Origin: an uncultured virus (IMG/VR IMGVR_UViG_3300045996_002556)
Lineage: Duplodnaviria > Heunggongvirae > Uroviricota > Caudoviricetes
IMG/VR virus record: IMGVR_UViG_3300045996_002556
Reading direction: 5' to 3' (one strand)
Length of the DNA stretch: 64,000 nt
Shown here one piece after another: positions 27,566 to 40,641 of this stretch. The notes under the pieces were generated by a model. The model was not told the origin of the DNA. It made no database searches and worked only from the letters and a program-made list of their open reading frames with translations. The translations under genes and the position numbers were made by a program. Within the stretch, counting starts at the first letter, position 1. Every line of letters starts with the position of its first letter.

Positions 27566-27942
27566 CCACTGAGCAGTTGCAGGACATCCTGGACTCGGTG
27601 CGGGTGGCCTACGGATGGACCGTAGACGACCCCGAGGACGAGTGGGCGTGGGAGCAGTACGACGGTGCTGGTCGCGCCTTCGCGGAGGCCTGCCGGGGAC
27701 ACCGCATTCTTTTGCGGCGGCGAAACAATGCGCCGTGGGAGTGTCGCGTCGGTTGCTACGCGGAGGGAGCCCTCTGGGTGTCTCGTAGTGGCGCGGGGAA
27801 GGGCTACCCTTGGCCGGTCGCGCTAGAGCAAGTGGAAGCGATTGAGGTCCTGGAAGCCCCGGCGGAGCGGGTGCCGTGGTGGCGGGCTCGGGTCAGCCTG
27901 TCGTTCCGTCCGGTGTTCAGCGCATGGAGGGTGGGGCGATGA
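27562..27942 (+). CDS. Hypothetical protein
   Basis: GTGA coupling. Confidence 0.55.
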   Translation: MTTEQLQDILDSVRVAYGWTVDDPEDEWAWEQYDGAGRAFAEACRGHRILLRRRNNAPWECRVGCYAEGALWVSRSGAGKGYPWPVALEQVEAIEVLEAPAERVPWWRARVSLSFRPVFSAWRVGR

Positions 27943-28172
27943 AGGCGAATGCTTCGTTCATCGCGGACACTCGCGAAAAGGATGCCTGGGAGAACGATCC
28001 CGCGGCGTTGGCGGCAGCGGCTTGCGTGCGGGGGGTGATCGCGTCGATCGATGTGCCGGACCTGGGCGATCCGGCGTACGACGCGTCGGTGGATGCTGCG
28101 TTGGCGGTGCTGGCGGAGATAGGGCGGCGACCGGCGCGGAAGCCGTGGTGGAAGAGATGGGGGAGAGGATGA
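27939..28172 (+). CDS. Hypothetical protein
   Basis: ATGA coupling; GGAGG RBS. Confidence 0.55.
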   Translation: MKANASFIADTREKDAWENDPAALAAAACVRGVIASIDVPDLGDPAYDASVDAALAVLAEIGRRPARKPWWKRWGRG

Positions 28173-28275
28173 CTGATAGCTGGGGGCGAAATCCACGAGG
28201 ATGGGGCGCTCGGGCATAGCGATGGGTGCAACCAGCGACATGCCGAGCGCGAGAGAGCGAAGGGCAAGTAGCGAT

Positions 28276-31200
28276 CTAGTGTCCTGCGGGCTCCCTGCGC
28301 CCCTCCCGCATCAACCGCGCTTTGAACTGCGCCAGCGCCACCTCGGCCGCACTGTTGATGGTCGCCTCCAGGACGCGTTGTTTCGCTTCGTCAGCGAGTG
28401 CTGTATAGCCGTCGCTCTCGATCCGACGACGCAGCCGCTCGTTGATCATCTGCCCGCGGAGCACCTGGTACTGCCGCGCCTCCGCAGAGTTCAGCTTGCG
28501 CTCCTGGTTTCCGAGTTTCACGCTTTTGGCGGTCGTGACCCCAAGGCGTACGTCGAGCCGCTCCAACTCTTGCCGCACCGGATCTTGCGAAGCCCGCGGC
28601 GCCAGCGGTTCTAACGCCTTCCCGACTCCGGGCGTCAGGCCGATCGGGAGCATAGGCGGGATGAAGGCCGAGGAGGGGTGCTCCTCGCGCTTCACCTCCT
28701 GCCCACGCGCATTGACCCGCGCCGGCACCTGCCGTGAGAGCCCTGGAACTCCGGCCTTCAGGTAGTCCGAGATGCCTTCCGGCTTCCGTGTCGTCCGGTC
28801 CGTCGCTTCCGCCAGTTCCTGCGAGATGCCAGGAATAAGGAGCGATTTCAGCTCGCCGCCCACGAATTTGGTGGCGTTGCTCTCGTCCACCTTGCCGAGC
28901 GTCTCCATTACGTTGCTGAAGCCGGTCAGGAACGACTGCTCGGTGAAGCCTCGGGCGAATTCCTGCACGCTGCGCAGCGCCCGGTTCTCCGGCACGCTCT
29001 TGCCCTGATCCCAGTACTCCGTCTTCCAGCCAGCTACGGTAGAGAGCAGGGTAGTCAGTGGCCCCAGGTTGGCATACGACCACCAATGATCGCCCAGCCG
29101 GATGGAGTAGGGGCGTTTACCGCTGTCAAAGAACGCATCGCGCTCACTCGCGCTACCCGGCGCGTGGGCCGTGATCTCCTTATCGTCCACGAACTGCGCC
29201 GCCAGCGCCATGACCAGCACGCCAGTTAGCACCTTCCCCAAGGCCTCCGAAGCGCCAGCCGCATCCTTCCCTTTCAGCTTCCGTGCCACATTCACGAGTC
29301 CAGCAGGAGAGAACTCCACCGACACCTTGAGCACGTTGTAGGGCGTGCGGATGAACGGGAACAGCTTCTGCCCGATCGGCAGCCCAGCCACCACCGCCTT
29401 GCCGCGCAGTTCGGTCGCCTTCTTCAGGAACGCATCGGGGTCCTGGTTGAAGGTCCAGTACTTCGCCGCGTCCCACGCCTGCTCGTGCAGGTCCAGCGCC
29501 AGTTCTCGGTCAGGTGCGGAGAGTCCGTCGCTCAGCATAGCCAGCGCATTGGCCCTACGGGTCACGTCGGCGCCCCGGAGTCCTTCCGAGAACGCCTGAT
29601 TGGTGGCGGCTTCCCAGAGCGCCATATGCTTGAGCACACTCTTGTTGAATGCATCTTCAGCCCCCAGCAGGCGCAGGTTCACATTCAGTGGGTTTGATGC
29701 TCCGCCGGGCAGTTCCGGCCCGGCATAGTCTAGGCGCAGCGCCTCCTCGGCGGACAGCCCGTGCTTCAAGGTATGCGCGAACTCGCGGAGCCCGGTCTGG
29801 GCGCCCAGCCTGGCCCCGATCGCCCCCGCCACCAGCCCGCGAGCTGTGATGGTGCGGTCGCGCCCCTCCACCTTCGCCGCCACCGCCTCGAACGGCAACG
29901 CGGCCAGCCGGGAGGTGGTGCGGAATGCCGGCATCATCCCGGTCGAGACGAGGTTCCGCATGTGCGTGCGGACGCGCATCGTCAGGAGCGACTTGTAGGC
30001 CGTGCTCCACTGCTGCGCCAGTGTGCCTCGCTGCTGCTCGCGAAGCAGCTTGGTTAGCGCCACCGGATCATCTCCAGCCGCAGTTAACTTTTCCAGCACT
30101 TCTGCAGGTAGGACCGCATCCACCAACTCGCGGAACTCGGCCGGGTTCTTGCGGGCGCGGCGCAAGGCGGACTGCTGCTCCGGTGTAAGCTGGTCGTCCA
30201 GCAACTTCACGAGTTGCTGTCGCGCTCGGTCCGAGGTGGTGAGGGTCTTCTCGATCCGCTCGCGCAGCGTCTCGCGGGACTGCGACCAGGCGGCATCCAA
30301 CTGCTCTTTGGCAAGCCAATCGCCAACGTCCCCCCGCATCTGGGCGTCCCAGTCGCTGCGCCGGTTTACCCCGTGCTCCACCAGCATCGCGCCATAGGTT
30401 GCTAGATGCTGCTCCAGTGGATCGGCCACGGCTGTTCGCTGAAAGAGGATGGGCTCACCGCGTTCGCGCTTGATAGCGCGGAGCGCGTCCAGACCTTCGG
30501 CCCGAGGGACAAACTGGTTCTCCTTCGCCAGGCGAGGGTTCGCCGGGGCCAGTTTTTGCGGCTCTGCCTGATCCGTGAACTTCCGGCTGGCGTAGAGGCG
30601 AGTAAGTTGCTGCTCGGTTAGTTCGGCCGTGTAGGCCTCCCGCGTCCATCGTAGCGCATTCAGCGCCCGCCCCGCTTCGGTTAGCGCCCCGGAGTAGGAG
30701 AGCAGGATGCCGTCGAGACGCATTTTTGCTTCCGCCGCGGTCGCCTTCGCCGCCGGGTCGTTCGGGGTGGCCTGCAGTGTGGCCCGAGCATCGTTCCAGT
30801 CCGCCTGCGCGCGGAGGAACACCTTGCCCAGTGCCCGAAGTTCTTCGGCATTGTAGGCGGTGCCGGCTTTGGACTTGATCCGCAGGGCACCCGACTCGAT
30901 CAGCTTGTCAGCCGCCACGTCCGTCACGTCACGCGAACGCACACCACGGCGCCGAGCATCGATGGCCGGCTCCTGCTCCGAGACGAGCGCCCGCACCTTC
31001 TCCTTCAGTTCGTCGGGCAGGGCGAGTTTATCCAGATTGATGCTGCCGGCATAGTCCGCTTCCGCGTTCAACGGAGCCTGTGACGCTTCGGCGGGCGCTG
31101 CTGCCGGGCGCGACGGTTGAGCCTCGGATTGCGGACTGGCTTCACCTGCTGCAGGCAGATCCGCCTCTGCGACATTCAGCGCCCGTGCGTAGAACCGCTT

Positions 31201-34200
31201 GGCCTCCGGCGTCAGCTTCACGTCCAGCGCGGAGCCCTGCTTCAGGAGCGCGCCGTAGATGGCGGTAAGCCAATCCCGGAACCGATCGAACAGCCCTTGC
31301 AACTCCTTCGTCGGCGCTTTTCCTTCCCGCAGATATGCCTCGAACCCGCGGGCGATCTGCTCCTGCGCTGCCACGTAGCGGGTATGAGCGTCACCTTCCA
31401 GCGTGCCGGCGACGAACTGCTGGTGGAGCGGCAGGAACTCGCCCGGCTCCAGGCCGACCCAGCGGTGGAACGCGTCGGCATCGGCACGGAGGGCGGCATC
31501 TTCGGACCGGCCCGCTTCGATCAGGAACTGCGGGATGAACGTGTGGCCCGACAACTCGTGGATCGCGGTCGAGACATCCGCCTCCTCGAAGGCGCGGGCG
31601 ATCGCGCGGCCGTCCTGCAGGAACTGGATGCTGCCCTTCGCGTCCTGGAAGAGGGGTTGACCTTCGTAGAGCACACTCTCGCGCATCGCAGGAGATACGT
31701 CGATCGCATGCACCGGCAGTCCGCCGAGGTCGGCTTCCACCACCCGCGCCCCCCAGCGCCGCAGGTAGCGATTCGCGGTATTGACTAGCACCTCGTCATA
31801 GAGGGCCTTAACCCCTTCGCCGCCTTCGGCCAGCTTCAGCCCATCGATGCTACGCCACACTTCGCCCTTGGGCTTCCCCTTCGTAATCGGAGCGCCGCTC
31901 TCGGCCTCCACCTGCTCCGCCGCTTCTTTGCCTAGCGCCTTTTCCAGATCCGCTACGGCTACCACATTCCAATCTACCAGGCGGTCGTTGGCGAGTCGGA
32001 TGATGTCGTAGCGGCCATCGGGGCGGCGCTGGTACTCCACCGCATCGGCGATCTTCGCCAGTCCAAACCGCTGCGCGATCGTCTCTCCTGCGTGCCAGGC
32101 AATCCGGTCATAACCTTGCTCCGCAGCCAATCGCAGAAGGCGCTTGAGGGTGAACGCCTGCCATTCCTTTGCCAGTGGCGCTGGGGCTTCCCCGCCCTTC
32201 TCGCGCTGCCAGTCGGCTACGGCTCGGGAAGCCTGCAGCTCCTCCACGCGGAGCACGCGCTGCCCGTCCGCATCCGTGTCATCCTTGATACGCGCCCAGG
32301 CCATGACCCCCGGCTCGTTCCAATGGCGGTCCACGAAGCCGGCCGCTTCCATTTCAGGGGAGACCAGGACCAATTCGCGGTAGTTCGTGCCGCCGGGGAC
32401 GGTGTGGCGCTCGTAGCGAGAGGAGTGCTTTTCGACTTCCCGAACCTCGATCTGGCCGGTTCGCAGGAAGTCCAATACTTCTGCCTGCGTCACCGCTTCC
32501 CCCGCCGCCCGCTTTGCCGCCAGGTGGTCGTCCAGGCCGGACCACCGGATCTCCTCGGGCTTCACGCCATTGGATTTCAGGAGTCCTACAACGGCCTCTA
32601 CGGGCGCGCGGCGGGGCATCTTGGACGCGAGGACGCGCTGGGCATAGGAGAAGAACGTCGGGGCCAGTTCGCGGGCCTGCTGCAGCGCTCCGTCCTGGCT
32701 GGCCTTTACCTTGTTTCCGCGGGTCACGAGAACGCCGATGGAGCGATACACCTCCGCGACACTCGTTCCGCGCAGCTTCGCCAGGGCCTGAGCTGACAGG
32801 TCCGTCAGGTCCGTCGCCTTCGCCGCCTGCTCGGGCGACAGCCGGAAGTGAGACGCAAAGGCGCGCTCCACGTCGCCCCGACTACGGATCGGGATACCGC
32901 CCTCGCGTACGGCCTCGATCATCCGCACGTCTTCGACCTGCGGCTCGGCGAGATCCGGCAATTCCGCCTTTACCCAAGCACGGAACTTGTCGGTCTCATA
33001 GTGGGCGCGGGCGTCGTCCCAGAGATCCGGGAGGGCCGCACGCACTTGCGCGGTGAAGACAGGGCCGTGAGTCTGTTCGGCTGCTTCGAGGAGGCCAGCA
33101 GCCCAGTCGGTGAAGCGCACGTCACCGCGGGCCAGGCGGATCGCTCCGAGTTCGGCGAGGACGGCAGCGGCGTCCGCATCCAAAGCGGCGGCGGGGTTGG
33201 GGGTTTCGGTAGCGTCGTCAGGGAGCTGGTCGAGCTTCGCTTCGGAGCGGTTCCCGGCCTGCTCTAGCCGGACTTCGCCGGCGGGGCCAGGTTCGGGTAC
33301 TCGCTCCGCACCAGTTCCTCCGCCTGCAGCAGGCGCTGAATCACCTGCTCGCCGCTCGCTGGCGACATCCGGCCGATCCGGATATCCCTCCGGTAATTTG
33401 CCCGGGCGGCGGCGAGGTAGCTTAACGCGCCGGTCGGTCCCCTGCGCGAATCGCTTGCGATACCAAGCGCGAGCTTGTTCAAACTCTCCTGCAAATCTGT
33501 TGGCATCACCGTCTCCTGCTAGCGCGACGAGTTCATCCAGTATACCGCGTAGCTCCGCAAGCGGCACTTGCTGCGACATGGACACGAACAACTCCAAGTG
33601 CTGCTCGCCCTCCCCGGCAACTCGAAGATGAGCTAACTCGTGGAAGAAGTTCTCTAGCGACCACTCGGCATAGGTCTCGGGGGTGAGCGGGGCGCCCACG
33701 TCGTAGTCTAGGATCGCGAGCGGATCATAAAACAGCCCCCTGCCGGAGCGGTATTGACCTACAAGCGGTTTTTCATCGTAATCCGGGTAAGCAACCCCGG
33801 CGGTTACGGCCTCGTCCAGATCGATAAAGCCAATTCCCAGGCGGGTAACGCGCTGTCGCTCGCGCCGGGTCAGAACGTGCCTGGACGCAGCGGCGAACCA
33901 CTGCCGCATGATCTGCGCGAAGCGATGGAACACCGGGGAATTGGCAATGTAGTCGTAATCTTCTTCCACCAGGCGCCCCTGCATATCGAGCACGGGGGTA
34001 GGTTGTCCACCTAAATTGAGTTCGCGAATCTCGTACCACGCCTCGACCGCGTCTGCGATGCGGAGCGCCTCTTCACCAGGGTCTTCCTGCTGGAATAGTT
34101 CTGGCTGCGCCGGGACAGGCTCCACTTCCCGCCCGCGTGCCGCCGCGTTAGCGGAGGCGCCCGCCGCTTCCAGTGCTGAGGCCGGCGCTTTACTTTTGAC

Positions 34201-37200
34201 AGTGCCTGCAGGTTGCGCCTTAGCGGGCAACCGCAAGGCCGCGAGAACCTCTGCCGGCACATTGTGGCCGGTGCCCTGTAGCCGCTCCACGACCAGGCGC
34301 TGGCTCCGGTACACGGCGTCGGGAACATCATCCACGAACTCGGCTTCCAGCATTTGCGCCGCGAGCCGCTGATACTCTTTGCTGTGCTGCTCCAGATAGC
34401 TTTCCGCCGCACGCGCTGCCGGGTCGGTGAACAGCCATTCCTCGGCACGTTCGCGCGCCGCATCGTCTGTCGCCATCTCCTGATAGGCGCTGGCGTTGAA
34501 CTCATTTCGAGCCAACGACGTTTGGCGCTCGGCTTCCGACTGCGGGGCGTAATGATTGTTCGGCCCACGGCGGACCTGCCCGCTTTCTCGTAGCCGGGTA
34601 AGCGATGCCTCAACCGCGGGCGCCGGAAGACCAGTCCACTCGGCAATCTGGTTTACATGCCCTCCAGCCTCAGGGATCAATGCCGCAAAGACGATCCGGT
34701 CTTCTTCCGCCGTGTCGGGAGGCTCGGCCGGCGCCTGGCCGATCGGCTGTTCAGTGGTAAGTGTGGCGGCATCTAGGCTCACGCGCTCGCGTGGATGAGT
34801 CGCAACCTGGCCGTGATCGTGCCGCACCTTCACGTTACCGAACGGCAGGCCGACCACTTCGCCCGGCGCTTGCCGCCCATCTTCCAGGGTCACACTGACG
34901 CGTTTGCCGGTGGAGATCGTGGTCGCTTCTTTGGTAGCGGCTCCCTGCTCCTTCGCCGTCAGGATGCCGGAGATGCGGCGCTTCTCGGCGGCGTGGCGCA
35001 TTCCGAGGGTGCGGAGTTGCTTGCCAAGGTTGTCGATGGTCGCGGCACGGTCATCTACTTCCCGCGTATCAACCTCGCCCGGAGCCAGACTCCGGGGCAG
35101 GCGAGCCCGGGATGACTTCACGCGGTCAAGATCGGCCTGGAGCCGCGCGCGCTGTGCCTGGTAGGTGGCCTCGGCGGCATCCCATTCCTTTGCTTGTTCC
35201 GGCGAGAGGGTGGCGGCCTGCGGCTTTCCCTCCACGTTCAGCGTGACGGAGCGAGGCCCGCTCGCTATAGGTGCATTGCTTTCACTTGAGCGTGGAGCGC
35301 GGGCCGCAGGCGCAGCTGCCGGGCGGACAGAATTCGTCGGATGGGTGGGGGCGGCGGGAACGAACTCGGCAACCAGCCCGCGCATCGCCTGCTGGAACGC
35401 TGGGCCTGCTGCTTTCTGCTCCTTGATCTCGGCGAAGCGCTGGGCCATCCGCGCGAGGTCTTCGCGTGTTTGCAGCCCACCGGCCGAACGCGCCATCTTG
35501 GCAGCCTGAAGGAACGCAGAGGGCTGACCGGCTTCCGTGATGTCGCCGCGCTGGGCCTTCTCCCAGAGCATGTCGTACATCGCCTCGGTAATGCCGCCGC
35601 CCATTTTCCCTATGAGTGCGATATCTTCGGCCGTGTTTTGTTCGGGCGCGACCGCTGGCGATGGTGGTGCTGCCGCGCCTTTGGCTCGCGGGGTCGCTGC
35701 CAGAGCCGGGGCGGGCGCAACGATCGCGGCAGGGCCTGCCGGGGTAGTCTCGGGCGCAACAGCAGGAGCATTCGGCGCCGGCCGGCCGTTCACTCGTGCC
35801 CACAGTTCGGCCTCGCGCGCATCCACCGTCGGCGTAACCGGCCGAGGCGGCGGGGATGCCACGACGGGGACAGGCACCGCTACTTCAGGTGCCTGGACCT
35901 GCTCCGGCGCAGCCGCTGGAGGGTCGAGATACGGCCGGTTCTCGGTGGGGTGGAGCAGGTCCGCAGCCGGGACCGTGCGGCCACCGGAGAGGGTCACCGA
36001 GCCGTCGTCATTGATCGCCGTGATGACCTGCGCCCTGCCGACTGGACCGCCGCGCCCTTTGCTGCTGACGGACTTTGGACGCACTGCCGCGCCGACTATA
36101 AGATACACAGCCGGATCTTCCGCGGGAGCCGAAGTGGCAGGCGCTTCGGCTGCGGGCTCAGGCTTGGCCTGGAGGCGCTGTTCGGCCAAGGCGCGGCGAG
36201 CGATGACCTGCGCCACCTGCTCCAGCCGTCGAGTGTGGTGTTGGTCCTGCAGCCTCCCGGCGCCAGTCGCGGCCCCCATTACGCCCCCGAGGGAGGCGGC
36301 GCCGATGAAGATGTTAACGAGTTGGTTCGGGTCCGTGATCCCGCTACCGACCGCCTGTAGAACTTCCTCGGTGCCCTCCTGCAGCATCTCCTTGCCGGTC
36401 CCCTGCACGTACTGGCGCACCAATGAGGCGCCGGGGGTGTCCCCAAGCATCGCTCCGGCCAGGAACGAGCCGACACCGCCCGCCGCGGCTCCACGCAGGG
36501 CTCGCCCCGGGACCTCCTCGAACTTCCCCTCCTGGGCCGCCTGGTAGCCTTCCAGCACGCCAGTATGGAGCGCTCCCTTCGGCGCTTCTACGATGCCGCG
36601 AGCCAGGGCGTCTTTCGCGAGTTGCTTCACGCCGCCCGCCTTCAGGGAGCCGATCGCGCCGCGCTGGAGCGATGCCTCGGCTGCTTCTTTACCAAGCACG
36701 GCCGCAGCAGCCATCTTCCCGGCCTGTCCTGCCTGCGCCAGCGGGGCCGCCAGGTTGCGATGGAGCATCACGTCCATCACCACGCCGGCCTCGATGCCGG
36801 TCCCCTGGTTGACATCGGACAGCCCGCCGCGTCGGGCGAGTTCTCGGTTCGCCAGGTTGACGGCGAACTCGCGCGCCTTCGGGGACAGTTTGGCACGAGC
36901 TGCCTGGTACTCTGCGCTCTTCAGCATGTTCCGGACGGTCTCGGGGCCGGGGTTCAGTTGCGGGCGCAGCCACCGGTTATGGAAGACGTTCGCCTCCTGA
37001 ACCTGGCGTCGCCACCTCTTCTCTTCCGGCGAGCCGAACTGCGGCACGTCCGGCGCTGCGGCATCCATCCGCGCCTTCGCCGCGGCAACGGCGGCTTCAT
37101 TGCGCTCCGCGCCCTGCATCGCGCCCCCAGCGACGGTGCCGGCGAGTGCTACGGCTCCTTCCCCGGCTGCCTGAAGAGCCTTCGGCCAGTCGCCCCGGAG

Positions 37201-38448
37201 CACATAGTCCCAGACGGGTTTATCTAGAGGTTCTGCCAAGGGCGTGAACGGCTCGGCCTTTCGCTTCCACTCCGGCTGCTTTTCCCATTCCGCGCGCAGG
37301 TAGGCGTTTTGCTGCTCGACCTGCTGCTTGCGCGTCAGTTTCGATTTCGACGCGGGCGGCGCGGGGTTCGCCTCGGCGGCGGTTAGCCAGACGCGAGTTT
37401 TTACGCCGGGAGCGCCGGTCCCAGCGGCCACTGACTTCTCGCCCCAGCGGCCAAACTGGCGCACGGGCTCGCCCAGCGCGGCGCGGATCTTCAACGCGCG
37501 ATCGTTCAGCGAGCCGGGTTCGGGGCGCGCACCTGGGCGCAGGGCATCGCCCGTACCCTGGATGCGGCGGTAAAGGTCCTGGATGTGCGGATCGGAGTCC
37601 GGCTTACCTTCGCCTCGCAGCGCGCGGACCTGCTCGGCGAGGTGATGGGAGGCGCTTTCGAGGCGCTGGAGTTCGGTCTTCAGCGCCGCCGCCCGTTGGG
37701 CTTCCGGCTTACCCTGGACGAGCTTCGCCACATAGGGATCGCGGAACGGGGCCTCGGCCCGCCGGGTGCGGGTCCGCTGCTCCTCGCCGCGGTGCAGTTC
37801 GGCGAGAGTCCGGGGCTGCGCTGCCGGGCTGGCGATACGCTGCAGGTTTCCCGTGGGCGCAGCGCTGCTGATGGCCTTTCCCTCTCGAATGAAGGCGCCA
37901 AGAGAAGTCGGGACAGCGGAAGGTGGCGCGGGCGAGGATACCGGAGAACCCAGAGCCTTCCCCTGCCGGATGAACTCCTCCAAGGTGGTCGGGGCTGGCG
38001 TGCTTGCCACTACCGGCGTCGCAGCGCCAGCGATTGCGCGGACGTATGCCTGGGTCTCCTTAAACGGAGGAACGCCCTTGTACTTGTCCACATTGCCGGG
38101 CCCGGCATTGTAGGCCGCGAGTGCGAGTCGCGTGTCCCCGCCATAGCGGTCAAGTTGCTGCTTTAGATACCGCGCCCCGCCGCGTAGGTTCTGGATCGGG
38201 TCGTCAGGATCGACTCCGAGCCCCCGCGCCGTGGCGGGCATGAGCTGCATGAGCCCGCGAGCCCCCGCGGGGGACACGGCGCGCGGGTTTCCGCCGCTTT
38301 CCTGCCGGACCACCCGGCGCAGCAAGTCCGCATCTACGCCGGTTTCCGCTGCTACCGTCTGGATCTCGTTATCCCAGCCGGTCACCTTCACGGGGCGGCC
38401 CAGAGCCTTCCCTTCGGCAATAAACTCGTCTAGCGTGGGGGTTCGCAT
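28276..38448 (-). CDS. Giant (3390 aa) virion ejection-type polyvalent protein with N-terminal lytic transglycosylase
   Basis: SLT motifs [31 protein letters not shown]; zincin motifs HELAH and [14 protein letters not shown]; last gene of the virion operon. Confidence 0.88.
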   Translation of the reverse strand: MRTPTLDEFIAEGKALGRPVKVTGWDNEIQTVAAETGVDADLLRRVVRQESGGNPRAVSPAGARGLMQLMPATARGLGVDPDDPIQNLRGGARYLKQQLDRYGGDTRLALAAYNAGPGNVDKYKGVPPFKETQAYVRAIAGAATPVVASTPAPTTLEEFIRQGKALGSPVSSPAPPSAVPTSLGAFIREGKAISSAAPTGNLQRIASPAAQPRTLAELHRGEEQRTRTRRAEAPFRDPYVAKLVQGKPEAQRAAALKTELQRLESASHHLAEQVRALRGEGKPDSDPHIQDLYRRIQGTGDALRPGARPEPGSLNDRALKIRAALGEPVRQFGRWGEKSVAAGTGAPGVKTRVWLTAAEANPAPPASKSKLTRKQQVEQQNAYLRAEWEKQPEWKRKAEPFTPLAEPLDKPVWDYVLRGDWPKALQAAGEGAVALAGTVAGGAMQGAERNEAAVAAAKARMDAAAPDVPQFGSPEEKRWRRQVQEANVFHNRWLRPQLNPGPETVRNMLKSAEYQAARAKLSPKAREFAVNLANRELARRGGLSDVNQGTGIEAGVVMDVMLHRNLAAPLAQAGQAGKMAAAAVLGKEAAEASLQRGAIGSLKAGGVKQLAKDALARGIVEAPKGALHTGVLEGYQAAQEGKFEEVPGRALRGAAAGGVGSFLAGAMLGDTPGASLVRQYVQGTGKEMLQEGTEEVLQAVGSGITDPNQLVNIFIGAASLGGVMGAATGAGRLQDQHHTRRLEQVAQVIARRALAEQRLQAKPEPAAEAPATSAPAEDPAVYLIVGAAVRPKSVSSKGRGGPVGRAQVITAINDDGSVTLSGGRTVPAADLLHPTENRPYLDPPAAAPEQVQAPEVAVPVPVVASPPPRPVTPTVDAREAELWARVNGRPAPNAPAVAPETTPAGPAAIVAPAPALAATPRAKGAAAPPSPAVAPEQNTAEDIALIGKMGGGITEAMYDMLWEKAQRGDITEAGQPSAFLQAAKMARSAGGLQTREDLARMAQRFAEIKEQKAAGPAFQQAMRGLVAEFVPAAPTHPTNSVRPAAAPAARAPRSSESNAPIASGPRSVTLNVEGKPQAATLSPEQAKEWDAAEATYQAQRARLQADLDRVKSSRARLPRSLAPGEVDTREVDDRAATIDNLGKQLRTLGMRHAAEKRRISGILTAKEQGAATKEATTISTGKRVSVTLEDGRQAPGEVVGLPFGNVKVRHDHGQVATHPRERVSLDAATLTTEQPIGQAPAEPPDTAEEDRIVFAALIPEAGGHVNQIAEWTGLPAPAVEASLTRLRESGQVRRGPNNHYAPQSEAERQTSLARNEFNASAYQEMATDDAARERAEEWLFTDPAARAAESYLEQHSKEYQRLAAQMLEAEFVDDVPDAVYRSQRLVVERLQGTGHNVPAEVLAALRLPAKAQPAGTVKSKAPASALEAAGASANAAARGREVEPVPAQPELFQQEDPGEEALRIADAVEAWYEIRELNLGGQPTPVLDMQGRLVEEDYDYIANSPVFHRFAQIMRQWFAAASRHVLTRRERQRVTRLGIGFIDLDEAVTAGVAYPDYDEKPLVGQYRSGRGLFYDPLAILDYDVGAPLTPETYAEWSLENFFHELAHLRVAGEGEQHLELFVSMSQQVPLAELRGILDELVALAGDGDANRFAGEFEQARAWYRKRFAQGTDRRVKLPRRRPGKLPEGYPDRPDVASERRAGDSAPAAGGGTGAERVPEPGPAGEVRLEQAGNRSEAKLDQLPDDATETPNPAAALDADAAAVLAELGAIRLARGDVRFTDWAAGLLEAAEQTHGPVFTAQVRAALPDLWDDARAHYETDKFRAWVKAELPDLAEPQVEDVRMIEAVREGGIPIRSRGDVERAFASHFRLSPEQAAKATDLTDLSAQALAKLRGTSVAEVYRSIGVLVTRGNKVKASQDGALQQARELAPTFFSYAQRVLASKMPRRAPVEAVVGLLKSNGVKPEEIRWSGLDDHLAAKRAAGEAVTQAEVLDFLRTGQIEVREVEKHSSRYERHTVPGGTNYRELVLVSPEMEAAGFVDRHWNEPGVMAWARIKDDTDADGQRVLRVEELQASRAVADWQREKGGEAPAPLAKEWQAFTLKRLLRLAAEQGYDRIAWHAGETIAQRFGLAKIADAVEYQRRPDGRYDIIRLANDRLVDWNVVAVADLEKALGKEAAEQVEAESGAPITKGKPKGEVWRSIDGLKLAEGGEGVKALYDEVLVNTANRYLRRWGARVVEADLGGLPVHAIDVSPAMRESVLYEGQPLFQDAKGSIQFLQDGRAIARAFEEADVSTAIHELSGHTFIPQFLIEAGRSEDAALRADADAFHRWVGLEPGEFLPLHQQFVAGTLEGDAHTRYVAAQEQIARGFEAYLREGKAPTKELQGLFDRFRDWLTAIYGALLKQGSALDVKLTPEAKRFYARALNVAEADLPAAGEASPQSEAQPSRPAAAPAEASQAPLNAEADYAGSINLDKLALPDELKEKVRALVSEQEPAIDARRRGVRSRDVTDVAADKLIESGALRIKSKAGTAYNAEELRALGKVFLRAQADWNDARATLQATPNDPAAKATAAEAKMRLDGILLSYSGALTEAGRALNALRWTREAYTAELTEQQLTRLYASRKFTDQAEPQKLAPANPRLAKENQFVPRAEGLDALRAIKRERGEPILFQRTAVADPLEQHLATYGAMLVEHGVNRRSDWDAQMRGDVGDWLAKEQLDAAWSQSRETLRERIEKTLTTSDRARQQLVKLLDDQLTPEQQSALRRARKNPAEFRELVDAVLPAEVLEKLTAAGDDPVALTKLLREQQRGTLAQQWSTAYKSLLTMRVRTHMRNLVSTGMMPAFRTTSRLAALPFEAVAAKVEGRDRTITARGLVAGAIGARLGAQTGLREFAHTLKHGLSAEEALRLDYAGPELPGGASNPLNVNLRLLGAEDAFNKSVLKHMALWEAATNQAFSEGLRGADVTRRANALAMLSDGLSAPDRELALDLHEQAWDAAKYWTFNQDPDAFLKKATELRGKAVVAGLPIGQKLFPFIRTPYNVLKVSVEFSPAGLVNVARKLKGKDAAGASEALGKVLTGVLVMALAAQFVDDKEITAHAPGSASERDAFFDSGKRPYSIRLGDHWWSYANLGPLTTLLSTVAGWKTEYWDQGKSVPENRALRSVQEFARGFTEQSFLTGFSNVMETLGKVDESNATKFVGGELKSLLIPGISQELAEATDRTTRKPEGISDYLKAGVPGLSRQVPARVNARGQEVKREEHPSSAFIPPMLPIGLTPGVGKALEPLAPRASQDPVRQELERLDVRLGVTTAKSVKLGNQERKLNSAEARQYQVLRGQMINERLRRRIESDGYTALADEAKQRVLEATINSAAEVALAQFKARLMREGRREPAGH

Positions 38449-38450
38449 CG

Positions 38451-40631
38451 TTAACGCACCGCCTGGAGGTAAGCCTCGGTTGCGGCGTCAGGATAGCCGC
38501 TCTGTTTGAAGAAGGCGCGGACCTTGGATTCCTGACCCTGCTTCACGAAGTTGCGCACCGCCTGGAACAACTCGCGGTTCACGGCGACGCCGGAAGGCGC
38601 CTTGTAATCAGTGGGGAGGCCGGGGATCTCCACCCGAGAGCGCTTGGCGCTCACGCCAGACGAACCAGGAGACGCGGCTGGCTTGCCGGGGGTAGCTGGG
38701 TTCACATATGACTGAAGATGCTGGCGAAGCCCGCCCTGCATCGTGTCCAGCCCGCTGACGCGAGTTTCCAGCGCGGCCAGTTCGTCCTTCTGCGCCTGCT
38801 CGTAGAACCCACCCGCCCGCTCCGCATTCTGCTTGATCTGGTTCATGCGGGACACCGCCTGCGCTCGCTCGCGGGCATAGGAACCGAGAAGTGCGGTCGC
38901 CGCAATCCGCGCCTCGGAAGCGCCCTTCTGCCCCTGCTGCGCGTTTGCTTCCTTCCGCAGGTTAACGAGGGCGTTGCGGTAGTTCTGGGTGTCCACCCGC
39001 CGCGCTTCGGCCATCTTCGCCGCATCGGTGCGGGACTGGATCAGCGAGGTGACGTTCCGCTCCTGATTTGCGAGGGTGCGGTCTCGCTGATCGAGCGCCT
39101 GCGCGCCCTGATCCAACCGTCGATCCCCTTGCTGCAGACGAGTGTCGCCCTGACGGATACCGGCCGCAGCCTTCTCCGCCGCCAACTGGCCCGTCGTCTG
39201 TACGAGAGGGGCACTTGCCCCCGGAGCCGAAGGCGCAGGCGTGCTGACACGCAGGCGGCTGAGCACGTCGCGGAGTTCCGGCACTGGACCAGACGTGGCG
39301 GGGCCTTGCGGCTCGGTTATGATCGGGGTAGGTCCGGGGGTCGCCGCGGTGCGCTGGAGGAGCTGCTCCGCGATGCCGGGCGGCAAGGCGCTGCTCCAAC
39401 CGTCTGGCTGCAGCCCTGGGGTAACGCCTGGCGGGCTGAAGCCGGCGGGGCGCGTGCGCTCCAGCAGGCGGGAAAGGTCGGCCTCGACATCGGAAGCGGG
39501 GGGGGGAGTGCTGCCCTGCGCCGCGAAGAACTCGGACGCGAGGGCGCCCGGCGCCGACGTGGGGGGCATGGGGACTCCGGCCGGAGCCGAAGTAGGAGGG
39601 GCGGCGCCAGCCGCAGGGAGATTACCCTGCGCGTCGAAGGCGTAGGGCGCGGTCCCACGGGAGCGGACCGTCTCCTCGAAGGCGCGGCGGTGCGCTTCCT
39701 CGAACGGCATGGTCGAGGAAGCCATGTAGAGGGTGAGCTTCTTGTCGTAGGCGTCGGCCCACTGGTCGCCCGCCTTCGCCCGCTCTCGCAGGGAGGCGGA
39801 TTGCGCGGCGGAGACCCCGCGGGCCTGGATCAGCCCCAGGTTCTGCTCGTGGTTGATCTGGTCCTGGCTAGGACCCAGGTCCGCCCCCTTCGCGAGGGGG
39901 TTTTCCGTCTCCGGGATCGGCTGGCCGCGGAGGAGGCTCTCGCGCACCGCCGGCAGGTTGAAGCGCTTGACGAGGTTCGGATAGGCGCGCAGCAGCGAGT
40001 CGAGCGCTTGTACGTTTCCGTCGCGCACCGCCCGATCGAGGGCGATCTGCTCGGGATTGCGACCGGGAGACGGCAGCGCCACCTGCTCCGGGACTGTCCA
40101 GCCTGTCCGCAGCGAGGTATCGAGCCCGCTCGCGGGGCGATCCAGGCTCAGCCGCTCGCCCGCGACGCGCAGCAGCAGATCCCGCGGAGTCCCGCCTACC
40201 GGTGCCCCTTCAGGGGCGGCCCGGCGAGCAGCCACGCGCTGCAGCAGGTCGTTCGCGTTCCAGGTAGACGATGGGCCGGGGAGGGCATCGGTAGGCTCTG
40301 CCGATGCTGATCCGACTTCAAAGCGTTGGGCGGGAGCATTGACGGAGCCGACCGAACCGGCGTCGCGCCGCACCGTGTCGGCCATCGTGTAGTACTTCTG
40401 GGCATTGTCCGGGTCCACCGCCGCCCGGCGCTCCAGCGAAGCCGCTTCGCGCTCGCGGCGCTCTTCCGCATCCCGCTCGCGCTGCCGTTGTCGATCCGCG
40501 GTCCGATCAGCGCGGTCCTCGTCATCCCGAACCTGCTGCCGCTGCCGATCCTGCGACTGCTGCTTGCCCTGGATGAACCCGTTGAGGCCGTTCAGGATAC
40601 CGTTGGCGAATAGCGCCCATGCGTTCTCCAT
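38451..40631 (-). CDS. Putative ejection/internal virion protein
   Basis: Low-complexity and coiled-coil sequence; position between pilot-like gene and giant gene. Confidence 0.65.
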   Translation of the reverse strand: MENAWALFANGILNGLNGFIQGKQQSQDRQRQQVRDDEDRADRTADRQRQRERDAEERREREAASLERRAAVDPDNAQKYYTMADTVRRDAGSVGSVNAPAQRFEVGSASAEPTDALPGPSSTWNANDLLQRVAARRAAPEGAPVGGTPRDLLLRVAGERLSLDRPASGLDTSLRTGWTVPEQVALPSPGRNPEQIALDRAVRDGNVQALDSLLRAYPNLVKRFNLPAVRESLLRGQPIPETENPLAKGADLGPSQDQINHEQNLGLIQARGVSAAQSASLRERAKAGDQWADAYDKKLTLYMASSTMPFEEAHRRAFEETVRSRGTAPYAFDAQGNLPAAGAAPPTSAPAGVPMPPTSAPGALASEFFAAQGSTPPPASDVEADLSRLLERTRPAGFSPPGVTPGLQPDGWSSALPPGIAEQLLQRTAATPGPTPIITEPQGPATSGPVPELRDVLSRLRVSTPAPSAPGASAPLVQTTGQLAAEKAAAGIRQGDTRLQQGDRRLDQGAQALDQRDRTLANQERNVTSLIQSRTDAAKMAEARRVDTQNYRNALVNLRKEANAQQGQKGASEARIAATALLGSYARERAQAVSRMNQIKQNAERAGGFYEQAQKDELAALETRVSGLDTMQGGLRQHLQSYVNPATPGKPAASPGSSGVSAKRSRVEIPGLPTDYKAPSGVAVNRELFQAVRNFVKQGQESKVRAFFKQSGYPDAATEAYLQAVR

Positions 40632-40641
40632 CGCAGACCTC

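Noticed and set aside
28276..38448. Giant gene as tape measure protein or virion RNA polymerase
   Set aside because: No tail tube or chaperone genes nearby, no regular tape-measure repeats, and no polymerase catalytic motif recognised
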